The translations under genes and the position numbers were made by a program. A stretch of 61,901 nucleotides of DNA, the filler included, from Sphacelaria rigidula (taxonomy: Eukaryota): assembly GCA_964200075.2 (NCBI GenBank). It is 11 parts of 11 records of this genome, joined end to end, with 100 filler letters (N's around TTAATTAATTAA, not from the genome) between each part and the next. Parts side by side here need not be neighbours in the genome. Positions count along the whole stretch, not along the records: positions 1 to 5,537 come from CAXNAA020026526.1; positions 5,638 to 11,174 come from CAXNAA020026527.1; 9 more parts are not named here. One strand, written 5' to 3'. Below are positions 1 to 10,660 of this stretch, in pieces; within the stretch, counting starts at the first letter, position 1; each line of letters begins with the position of its first letter. A model generated the notes under the pieces. That model worked only from the letters and a program-made list of their open reading frames with translations. It was not told the DNA's origin and did not search any database.

Positions 1-2
1 GG

Positions 3-140
3 ATGACGCTCATCTTCCAATAGTTGATACTCCAGGCCAATGGCGGAACCCGTAGAATTGTAGGCTTCAGTGATGAAATATTTAATTCCACTATTGGCGC
101 CTTCGGTTAGCATAAAGTCCAGCTGAAATTCAAACTTGGC
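3..140 (-). pseudogene. Fragment of a bacterial (Bacteroidota-like) DUF1080 / 3-keto-disaccharide hydrolase-lyase gene
   Basis: Hand translation (below the ORF-track size cutoff): AKFEFQLDFMLTEGANSGIKYFITEAYNSTGSAIGLEYQLLEDERH(P). This has the DUF1080 motifs 'F..DF......NSGI' and 'GLEYQLLDD..HP'. An in-frame TAG lies at 143-141 and the contig edge is at 1. Confidence 0.8.
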
Positions 141-511
141 CTAGCATGTCCTTCGAGAGTGAAGCCAGTATCACCTCGTGATCAGACCACAACATACCTT
201 TTTCAAGTGAATATTGATGCCGATTCAGCAGGTAACCTACCCTCGAAGTCAAAGGGTCAAAGATCCGGATTTCGGTGTCTAGACTAAAATTCAATACTGC
301 ACCTGCCCACAAGCCGTAAATTTCCGAGAGCTGTCTTGATCTACCAAGTGGTAAAATCTGCTGCTTGAGTTAGAACAACTGCCAGGGATATCAGGTCCCA
401 AAGGAAATTCACTTTCAAACAATTTGAATATGCAGGAATTTTTCAAGCTAGGAGCACGCATGGTTGCAAAGCTTGGGCTGTTGGGCTGTTCATGGGTTAT
501 ACAGTTGGAAT

Positions 512-1500
512 CTCATCACTAGCAGTAGCCACGCTGGGTTCAACGCCATCACCAGCAGTACCCACGCGTGGGAGACACACTCCACGTGCACAGCTCCCAC
601 AGAGAGATGCGCACAGTTAAATCTGCCAGAACCTCGCCAAGTAAGCAAGCATGGACCCATCGGCGGGTAGTACGCAGCAGCGCTGTCCAGCACAGTCGCT
701 ATCACTCGTAAGATGCGTGAGTGTTGTCGCACGGTCGAAACGCGGACACTTTACGATCAAGAGCAGCAGCAAGAGCAGCAGCAGCATCGGCACCGCCTAA
801 TTCAGAACCACCCCCAACTGTACACATTTACTGGCAATAAAGCTGCTGCTGCTTCTGCTGCTGCTGATACTGCTGCTACTGCTTCTTCTTCTCGTGCGGG
901 AGGCGGTCCGCGTTTCGACGTGCAACAATACAAATGTACCTGGTGCGTTATTTCCTCCTCCCTACTTTAAATCGATTATGATCTGTTTGTGTGTTGTTAC
1001 CCTCATATTGTATCAGTATACTGCAGCATTTCAGTACGAGTACGTATCACTTGTTTTCCCCTGTATTGGACGCTGGTTTTATTCTTTCAACGCCATCACC
1101 AGCAGTAGCCGGGCTTGCGAGACACATCCGATGTGCACAGCTCGCACAGAGAGATGCGCACAGCTATATCTCCTAGCACTTAGCCTGGTGAGGAAGCATT
1201 GACTTATGAGCAGGAAATATGGACCAGCGCTTCGCGGCATGGTGACTATCACGCGCAAGGTGCGTGGGCGTTGTAGCAGGATTGAAACGTGGACCGTCTC
1301 TCCCATGAGGAAAAACGGCAGCAGAAGCGGCAGCAGCAGCAGCAGCAGCAGTGTCGGCACTGGCTGATTTAGACCCACCCCCAGCCGCGTACATCTACTG
1401 GCAGTGAAGATGCTGCTGATACTGCTGCTGTGGCTTCTTCTCCTTCTCGTGCGGAGGGCGGTCCGCGTTTCGACCTGCGACAATACCCATACCTCCTTGC
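512..1500. repeat. Two diverged direct copies of a ~420-450 bp repeat with CAG/CTG microsatellites
   Basis: ttcaacgccatcaccagcagta...acagagagatgcgcacag...gcggtccgcgtttcgac occurs at ~539-930 and again at ~1086-1480. Confidence 0.75.
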
Positions 1501-2220
1501 GCGTGGTTGCTGCCCTCCTTGAAGTCGCTGGTCTATTCGCGTGCTGTTTTACCGTCGTTGTATCACTTGTTTCCCACCCTGGCATCCTCGATTAGAACGA
1601 CGCGTGATTTCTCATGATAATGAAGTTGTGAACCGTCACTTCACTATCGCAATCACGAAATGATTATCATTGAATTAAATTACACACGCGGAGAGCGTTA
1701 TTTTCGAGCAGCACGCGCGCTAGCGTTCTTCGTGTTGTCGACATCGTGCCAGCACGCTTGCGCACCAAAGCGCTGTACTTCCCTGTGGAAGCACGTCACG
1801 GTAGTGCTCGTCATGTTTCATCATGCCTTATTCGAAAACACCCAGAAGAGATGCCAGCAAGTTCATCCTTGTTGCACTTGGATTGTGGTGAATCAGTTGT
1901 TTTGCGATAGGACCCCCGCATGCTGGGTGTTGTACCAAGTGGTATATATACCGTACCAATTCAAGAACGGATACTGTATGCATTTTATATACGCCACCGA
2001 CATGCTGTGGTTATCATGAACTGTGTACGAGGCGCGGGAAGCGCAGTTTTTGTCAAGGAATGCAAGGACGCAACCATACTGCAGTACAGGCCGTATGAAA
2101 CACGTGATTCGAACGAGGCACAAGATGAAGAATTTACCTTACGGGCGTTTTGGTACTGAAACACGTCCACCAGTCCCTCCACTACCACCAGTCCCTCCAC
2201 TACCTACCGTGCGAAGATAG

Positions 2221-2560
2221 CAGGGGTTGGACGAACCAATGATTCGTCCGGAAATCATTCGATTTTGAGTGTAATTGATTCGTACTATACGAATCAATCC
2301 TTAGGCTTTGTTTTCAGCGTTGTAACCCAGGTACGCGTAGCCCAGGCACGTGGAACGGCACAAAAGTTGCGCGGAGACCTGTTCGACCAGCGGTCGGCCT
2401 TTTTCTCTTTTTCGAGCAATGAGACCTGAGACATCGTGGATTTGGTGATTCGAATCGGTGATGATTCGTCCGAGCCGTAGAAGATAGATACCACGCGTAA
2501 ATTACACAACAAGTTACGGGCAAACCTTTTCACTCTAGAGTAGAAGGGCCCAGCCGAGAC
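2221..2560 (+). mobile_element. End of a probable DNA transposon (CAGGGG terminus); homologous copy inverted at ~12560-12810
   Basis: caggggttggacgaac...gaatcaatccttaggctttgttttcagc...cacgtggaacggcacaaaagttg matches the reverse complement of ~12640-12810 on another contig. Confidence 0.55.
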
Positions 2561-3234
2561 CATTCCGGTTTCACCGCCGAAATCCGGGACCGCAACGTCA
2601 TATCACAATCACCGAAATAATTTGAAATTGGAAGCGCCCTGGACACGGGGCAATCTATAGATGGTATAGTGTGTTACACTGAACACAAGACAGAAGTCCA
2701 ACAGTGTGTAGTCCAACATTGCACTACAGATCCCCAACGCACAGCATCAGAGGAGTGACACGGACTGTATACAGAAAGCATCAGTTGCTTGCCATCGAGA
2801 ACAACGCCATATCATACTATTGTTGCACTGCTGTTGTATAAGACACCATGCTGTCTGTACACAGTTGTGTCTGTGTACTGTGTAGGCTATCCAAGTGGCC
2901 GCACGAGTAGTGAGAGTACACGAGTAGTGGGAGTATTCCTGTATCGCACCAATTGTCAACTGCGTTCAGAGCACTTTGGGCCCTGTACTCCTGTACTGTA
3001 CTACTGCTGTTGTCTGTTGTCCGCTGTACACAGTGTAAAGTCCCCACAGCAGACAGCAGACAACGGTACTTGTAGTACAATGATGGTGTGATTTTACAAG
3101 TCCACCCTTCTTCTTGCGTGTATACGGCCGTATATAGTATACGTATGCTTGATTGTATGAATGCTTTGACGATAAGGACTGTATACAGTATGCATCAGCT
3201 GCTTGCCATCGAGAATAACGCCATATCATACTGT

Positions 3235-5001
3235 TAGGGGTGCTAATCGGGGCAACAAAAGTGAATGGGGTGTTCGAGGAAAACAGAACGACCACAGACA
3301 AAAAATTCCCTTTTCCTTTTTTGTCCTGGGATGCTCTGCCCAAATAAACTTGCTTTTACAATCCAATCTCTGGACGGGTTGATCGCGCGCGCGCAGGCAA
3401 CACCCTCCCTGTCCACACCCTACATCATGCTGCTGACCATTGACATGCAGCCCATGGCCGCGGCCTTATCTGTCAACTTTGAAAGTGTACACTCTAAACC
3501 TGAAAAAAACATATATTTTAAATATAATTTCCAGCTCAATGATCTGACCGCGGGACGTTCCCTGAAATGGGCGCTGCAGTGTATTGTATTGGGGTTGTGA
3601 GCACCCAACGCAACAAACGGTGCTCGAATTGCGTACGTAACCGTGGAGAACCGACCGAATATAACCTACCCCTCGATGGTGTACCCCAAGAAATATGAAT
3701 GAAAAGTAATCACAGCCAAAAGGGGTTCCGGGAGAAACGCCAAGGGGTAGGTCTCAATCGGTCGCGGAGTAACTTTAGTTCGGGGCGTGCGCATGTGCAA
3801 ACATGATACACTCAGACATTTTCTGTTGGGGAGAGCTCCGCCGTATCTGTACATAGCCACGCAAGGAATCTAAGGTTGAGATCATGGCGTGCACTGGGAT
3901 AGACAACATCATGGTGACCGAACTGTGCTCTCCTCTTTTCGTCTGTGGTGTTAATTGTTTTGGTACCGCCATGTTCGCCGTGCCGTCTGTACACCCCCCG
4001 TCTGCTGCGACTTGAGCTTGTATGTCGTGAATACACGGACAGGTGTCACTCACCCTCCATTCACCCCAGGGTCATGCATATGTTGTATCGGCATACTTTT
4101 CACTTGAAAAACGTATGCAAAACCCAGATGATCCAATAGGCGGTCGGAGAGCTCAACTTTAGAGCCGGTCATTATTGTAGAAAGGAAGAGGCAACCGTCT
4201 CCAGAGATTTTGACTTGAAAAATGAACACAAGACACCACCCTGGCGATCAGGCGTCACTTTCACGGCAGCAGGAGGGAAGAGTGATGCTCTCCAGAGGAG
4301 TAATCCGATACTCGACGATACCCACAGGCGAAGGGAGGAATACGGCGGGGGGGACAAAAAAGATATCATTGTACTGTACTGATTGTACTGTGCTGTACGG
4401 TGCACTTCGGCTTTGTCTATTTACAGACAGCAGCCACCTCACGATGGGTCAGTTGTATTTGTCTGGGCGTATCATTTATTTTAAAAATGAATGCCCACCG
4501 CGGCCCAAGGGCTTTTTTGTAAATGAAGGCAGGAAGGGATGGCGGTGTCGGAGGGTTTCGTGTAATCTGATCCTTGGTGGGTGATACCCATTGACAAACG
4601 GAAAGAACGCAACGGGTGGGAGAGAGAAGGCAACACCGTGCTGTAATATAAGGTGTTGTACTGCTGTCCTGTACTGTGCGTTTTCGATCTGCTCTGCCTC
4701 GACCCATACAGACGGGCACCCCCAGGGTGGGTCATCTGTGTTGCATTGTCACAGTTTTGATGTAAACGAATGATGAACAGACTGAACGGGCGATGCAATG
4801 CAGCAGGGAGGTGTGCGTGTCATGAGTGCAGATGGCCTTCTGCACTTCTTTCCCAACCAACCGGGCAGCCCATTCGCTTCTTTGCCGTTCAAGTGGGCGG
4901 ATCATTCCCATCTCATTGGCTTGTGCGATTTTCCAACAGGAAGATCCTGCACACTCTTTGCAAAATTTCCCTTCATATTTTGGCCCCGATTAGCACCCCT
5001 A
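3235..5001 (-). mobile_element. Non-autonomous hAT-like DNA transposon with perfect 19-bp TIRs and a transposase remnant
   Basis: TIRs TAGGGGTGCTAATCGGGGC...GCCCCGATTAGCACCCCTA, flanked by ACTGT on both sides. Minus-strand remnants TDGTANM and (frameshifted) PSARHDLNL at ~3870-3990 resemble the hAT TDxAxNM and CxxHxLNL motifs. Confidence 0.8.
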
Positions 5002-5537
5002 ACTGTTGTTGCACTGCTGTTGTACAAGACACCACGCTGTGTGTACACAGTTGTGTCTGTGTACTGTGCAGGCTATCCAAGTGGCGGTACGATTCACAAT
5101 CCCCTTTTGACAGGGGATTGGCCCCGTAACGACCAGTCCCGAGTCCTATCGACAAGCAGTTTTGTACAAGTTGGGACAAGTTGGGACCCAGATCTGCGCG
5201 CAGGATGAGAAATGCGGCGGATCTGGAAGTGGTCGTTAGCCCAAGCAGATCCAAGGTCTGCGTAATGATGCAGACATCACGCAACAAGGCAACCCAATAC
5301 CTACACACCTAGCCCCGAAAAAACACGGACAGACACTTACCACTCACGCGCACAACGCGCAATAGTTCTGCTGCTAGCCCTTCCTAATCTACACATGGAA
5401 GTCTTTGTTTGACGGAAATCCGTTCTGTATTGGACGAATGGCGGCCGCGTGCGTGTCAAAAACAACCGAAAACGTGTCGTTGCTGACCGTTTTGTAAGCG
5501 TGTGCTGCGCACTCGTCTCACGCAAATCATCATCTCT

Positions 5538-5637
5538 NNNNNNNNNNNNNNNNNNNNNNNNNNNNNNNNNNNNNNNNNNNNTTAATTAATTAANNNNNNN
5601 NNNNNNNNNNNNNNNNNNNNNNNNNNNNNNNNNNNNN
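5538..5637. other. Artificial contig spacer (first of 10; others start at 11175, 16812, 22449, 28086, 33722, 39358, 44994, 50630, 56266)
   Basis: 100-bp N-run with central TTAATTAATTAA (stops in all six frames), identical at every gap. Confidence 0.98.
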
Positions 5638-6085
5638 GGGCCAGTTACCCCGTAAGTGATCATGGGGCCAGTTACCCCGTAAGTGATCATGGGGCCAGTT
5701 ACCCCGTAAGTGATCATGGGGCCAGTTACCCCAGCAGCGACCGTGGGGCCAGTTACCCCAGCTGTGACCGTGGGGCCAGTTACCCCAGCAGTGACCGTGG
5801 GGCCAGTTACCCCAGTAGTGACCATGGGGCCAGTTACTCCAGAGTGATCATGGGGCCAGTTACCCCTTCACTGACCGTGGGGCCAGTTACCCCAGTAGCG
5901 ACCGTGGGGCCAGTTACCCCAGTAGTGAACATGGGGCCAGTTACCCCATTTCTGACTACGGGGCCAGTTACCCCTTCAGTGAACACGACGATAGGTATTC
6001 CACCAGTGATCGTAGGATCAGTTGCCACCTCAGTGAACACACGGCCAGTTACCCTTCCCGCGAACCAGGGGCCAGTTACCCCGCT
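5638..6085 (+). repeat. 27-bp tandem array (~17 units): core GGGGCCAGTTACCCC plus a 12-nt variable part; protein-coding (GASYPxxDx)n
   Basis: Units read directly. From ~5850 the ASYP frame is stop-free and continuous with the ORF at 6188. Confidence 0.9.
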
Positions 6086-6187
6086 GCTAATCCCTCAAGG
6101 GATCAAGGAGCCAGTAGTTCCGCGTCCGGTGTCAGACAGAAAACAGGTATAACATATGTTGGTTTTCAGTCTAGCGGGTCGGCGGCG

Positions 6188-7507
6188 GTGCCGCCTCCTA
6201 ACGGTGAAGATGAGGCGGGACAGTCTGACGCTGAACTAGTAGCACTGTGGTACTCAGAAAAAGGAGTGTTGTTGGAAAAATCAGGTATCACAGCCAAGAA
6301 AAGAGAAGACATTCTGTACAGACTCGCAAATATCTGCACGCGCATCACAGAAAAACATGGTGGACCCATTGGGGATGTCGCGAGGTCTATCGGGGACGCT
6401 AGTCACGCCGCCGGTAGACCCGCACGAGATCAGGAAGTATTTTGGGGAGAACAAGGGTTTCCCGCAGACAGACGAACTCGTTACTATCGTAGCCACAGGT
6501 GTCCCCGTCGGCGCGACAGTCACACTGCATCCTCCACACAAGAGAACCTCGACTGCGCACTACAGTACGGTAACCACAGTAGCGCCCACAATCAACTACC
6601 AAACATTTGGGAAAAACTGGGAGATGATGTACGCAGGGGAAAGTGTCTGATAGTCAAAAAGTCGGCCGCCCGAAAAATCTCAAACCTGCGGTTGTCCCCC
6701 CTAGGAGCAGTAACCACACACAAAGTCCGCATAATCAACGATTTGTCTTTCGACGCGCAACGCACTCGGAAAAGAAAAGGAGGGCTGAACGGTGACACAA
6801 ACTCTGAAGACGTACCGGCCTGTTTATGCGGAGAAGCGCTGCAGAAGTTCCTCATAGAGCTCATTTCGTTGCGAAAAAAATACCCCAAAAAACGCATACT
6901 AATGGCAAAGGCAGACGTATCGGATGCGTTCCGTAATGTGAGGATAGATCCAGACCACGCCCATCAATTCGGCTACGTTGTGGACAACCTAATCGTGTGT
7001 GACTTCCGGCTCACGTTCGGTTGGTCAGGCTCGCCAGGTTTCTGGGGAGTATTAGCATCGGCGGCAGAACACGCCCACTGTAACACAAACATCGACAACG
7101 CAGTTCTACTGCCAGAAGGCAAGGAGATGACAAATCACGTAAAGATAGTCGATAGGTGGGAAACGGGGGACCCCACACCAATTCCAAACGATTCTACGAC
7201 CACCCCACAACCAGCAGGAGGCTTACATGACAATTTCTTCACGGCAGTGTACGTAGACGACTACCTGCAGATTCGCGTACAGCATTCCGACGACGGCACG
7301 AGCGCATTGATCGCGTCCGCGTCCCTCGCATCCGACCACGTCAGACTCTTCGGCAACGGAGAAGAAGGCGAGACACCTATTCTAGCCCCCCAAAAGAGTA
7401 CAGATTGGGATACCGAGATAGAGGCGTTGGGCCTGACCATTAACTCGCACCTATGCGGGTTTCCGTATCCCGCGAGAAGGTCGAGGCGCTCTGGCAGACG
7501 TTGCTAA
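6188..7507 (+). pseudogene. Reverse transcriptase of the YR retrotransposon (frameshifted)
   Basis: Motifs SPLGAV..KVRIINDLS, KADVSDAFRNVRI, RLTFGWSGSPGFW, YVDD, EALGLTINS. Frameshifts lie around 6360-6530 and ~7450. Confidence 0.92.
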
Positions 7508-8394
7508 CCGAGTGGCCCCCCACTCGACGTTCAGCGACTGCCCGAGAAATATTGAGCCTGGCAGGAAAGCTGTGGAACCTCACACACGCAATGCGACCAG
7601 GTAAATATTTCGTATGGAGGACTCTGCGACTTGCGGGGCTCCACGATTCTAGAGCGAGAGACAACCAGAGTCGCATAGTAGAGGTAGGGAAAGAATTTCA
7701 CGCCGATCTGAACTTTTGGAAGTGGGCGATCGAGAAAAAACTACTGCAGCATGGTGAGTCTCTGAGTGCACCCTGCTACTCCATAGTAAAGCGACCTCCC
7801 CACCGACACTACCTCTCGGACGCAAGCTTCGAAGCCGTAGGCGGCTACTGCCCAGAAAAAAAGACATACTGGAGATACGACTTACCACCGGAACTTACCA
7901 CAGAACTCAAAAGAAAAGCTCAACTTCGCGAAACATGCACTATCACGATTAACCTCTTGGAACTCCTGGGGATGGTAGTCACCGCTTGGGTCATGCTCGA
8001 ATTGGTAAACGACAAACCCGAAAATCAGGGCGACCCAATCTTAATGCGCGGGGACAACGTAGCGGCAGTCACGTGGGTCAACCGGTGCGGGGGTGCAAAA
8101 GATAAACGCGCAGGGTTACTCATGAGAACCCTCGGGAGGCTGGAAATCACGGGGGGGTGGAGCCACGAGGCGAAACACATTCAAGGGATTCAAAACGTAC
8201 TCGCGGATGGAATTTCACGCTGGCCACGGGCGGAGCTAGCCAGACGAGTAAGGGAGCACACCCACGACAATAGCTGGTCAGAACAAGCCATCGACCCACG
8301 GGGGGAGAGCATCTTCCACACCATCCAAAAAACCAAGAATATCACCGTCCGACACGACAAAACGCTGTGGTCGCGCATGATGGAACCGAGTTGA
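7453..8394 (+). pseudogene. RT thumb and DIRS-type RNase H
   Basis: LSLAGKL; SDASFEAVGG; INLLELLG; RGDNVAAV; HIQGIQNVLADGISR. Confidence 0.92.
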
Positions 8395-8621
8395 CGATGT
8401 AATACTCGAACAACAAAACAAAAGTACCATCATCGGGAACAACCACAACCCAGGCATGAGCATATAAAAATATCTATACATAGAGTACTCAGTCACGCAC
8501 AGTACATAGAAAAATGACTACCACCCTACATACGATAGAGACGGTCATGAGGTCACTGGATGAGACATCAAGCCACCACCCAACCTCACCCCCCACCCCT
8601 CCTCCCCCCCCCTGAACGCAG

Positions 8622-9704
8622 GAACAGGAGAAACCGGGGGGCACAGCAGGGAGGAAGTAGCGCGTTTAGTTCAAGCGCTGGTGCTGGGGGGCGTTGGGGG
8701 TAGCACCCACAGGACGTATAAAGCGCGTTTTGAAGTGGGAAAAGATGCGCTATGCACAGGGAAAATCACCCTGGTTGACTGAAACCGATGAACCGGACGA
8801 CGTGATCAATGCACTGACCGAGTTCATGGCTATGCGATGTTTCGTGCACAGCAACCATAACTCCACCATAAGAGGTTACCTAGCCGCTATCAAGTATTTC
8901 CATAAAGTGTATGTCGGATGGGACTTACCTACAACGCACGGCAGGATTAGGGCTGTAGGAAAAGGGATCGATAGAGCTCACGCATCGACTCAAGGAAAAC
9001 CGCACATCAGGCGGCCGTTGACTTGGGATTTGCTAAAACAAGGACGACAGACAATAACCGAGGACCCGGACGGGGGTCACATCATGTGGCTTGGCCTCGC
9101 GCTCTCGTATTTTTTGCTGTGCAGGGCATCCGAGTTGTGGGCGTACCCCGACGGTACCGTCCACCCAGAATTCTGCTTAACCCGCAATTGCATCAGTTTT
9201 TTCCGGGAAGACGTACAGTTAGATTTTGCGAACCGCGCGTTTGCGAACCAAGTGAAGATTCACTTCGTTGCCTCCAAATCCGATCAAAAAAGGACAGGTG
9301 GCATCATTACGAGAACAAGGAGCGTTGATTCGGTGCGATCGGGCGGAGTACCGGCGGGCGCGTTCGAGGCGCTTTTGGACTTGTTGGACGTGCACCCACA
9401 ACTGCCAGGCCACGCCCCCCTGACCACGAGAGCCACGCCGACGGGATGGAAGGCTAATACTCGGATTGAATCAGTAACAGCGTGAAGAACCATGGTCAGC
9501 CGTGCGGGTAGAGACCCGTCCGAATACGCCTTACACTCAGGCAGGATCGGTGGGGCCACGCAACTAGCGGCTCGAGGAATCTCCGAACTACAGATTCAAC
9601 GAACAGGACGGTGGAAGTCGAGGGCGTTTATGGTTTACGTCAGGGAGGCGGGGGAGGGTGCAGAGGGCGTCTCCGTGGCGCTAGGAGAACAGCGAGTAGG
9701 GTAG
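8622..9704 (+). pseudogene. Tyrosine recombinase (phage-integrase fold)
   Basis: N-terminal STHRTY and STIRGYLAAI; catalytic LLCRASEL, SKSDQ, HSGRIGGAT, GRWKS.AFMVYVR. One frameshift at ~8730 and an in-frame TGA at 9483-9485. Confidence 0.92.
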
Positions 9705-10369
9705 CCAGACGTTAAGAGTTAGGGCTTAACGAGATACTCGACCGTCAATCAAGCTCGCCTAATGGGGGAGAGGTGGTTAGCTCCGCAGGGGATAGTAATA
9801 ACATAATCGTCAGCGTCGATTTTCGGGTTAGCCTGACTAATAGTATGTAGTGGTTGATGAGTTGATGGGGACAAAAAATGCACCGAGTGCATACCGCATT
9901 GAGTTCGATGTATTTTTGGTTGCAGGCATTTTAACTTGCGGTAATTCTACTGAGACACTGCCGTAAGTAGAAACGGGACAACACATAATACCAGAATTCT
10001 TGAGCCGAAGCAAAAAAAAAGAAGTAATAAAAAAGTCAACAAAAGCAAAGCACAGAAAGAAATGGTCGACCTGAAACAAGAAAAAGGAAAAGAAGAGGAA
10101 AGTACAGAGCAAATGAAATAAAATACAATGAAACGATGGGGAAAAAAAAGGAAGGGAAATACCCAAGGAATTCAGGGCAGCAGAGTAGATACAGACACGC
10201 ACCAGTAATTTTACCTACCTTTGTTTTGTAGGTTCACGTATTCATCGCACTATAGCCGAGAAGAAATATGTTTTGGACCAAAAACGGTCTATGACACCCC
10301 GTAAGTCAACCTTGAACAAACACACGCGGCCATTTGGCTACCCCAAAACTCCCTTTACACGGAAACGGA

Positions 10370-10660
10370 CCCCTCCAGAGGGACTGAGCTAGCCCTTGGA
10401 GGTGTAAGGGAATACTATCCACCCTCCGGAGGGATCAAACGCCGTAGAGGGATACAATGACCTCCACAGGGATTTCATCTTGTGTCGGATCTCCCAACGT
10501 TACATAACCCCTCCAGAGGGTCTCCATTTCCCTCCCTCTAGCGTGACTTTGTGTGAGCTATTATTCCTCCAGCGCTTTTTAATCCCTGTGGAGGGGGATA
10601 CTATCCACCCTCCAGAGGGATGAAACGCCTCCAGGGGCTTCTTCCCCCTCTGGAGCGGTA
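10370..10660. repeat. Cluster of near-palindromic CCCTCCRGAGGG motifs
   Basis: ccctccagaggg/ccctccggaggg and variants at ~10371, 10421, 10461, 10509, 10608, 10646. Confidence 0.7.

Larger units (their letters stand above)
5638..9704 (+). mobile_element. Tyrosine-recombinase retrotransposon (Ngaro/DIRS order), 5'-truncated by the contig edge and lightly degenerate
   Basis: RT, RNase H and tyrosine recombinase are colinear on the same strand. No methyltransferase domain is visible after RNase H, which is Ngaro-like. Confidence 0.92.

Noticed and set aside
5638..6085. CRISPR array (palindromic repeat plus spacers next to an RT)
   Set aside because: Spacers are only 12 nt and related to one another, the period is a multiple of 3 and in frame with the retroelement ORF, no cas genes are present, and the context is eukaryotic.
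5586..6152. ORF-track proteins with GVTGP / GPVTP repeats
   Set aside because: These are alternative frames of the minisatellite. The GPVTP frame has stops, and only the ASYP frame joins the pol ORF.
6188..9704. Prokaryotic RT-integrase system (retron, DGR or prophage)
   Set aside because: RT and RNase H motifs and the domain order are those of eukaryotic DIRS/Ngaro retrotransposons.
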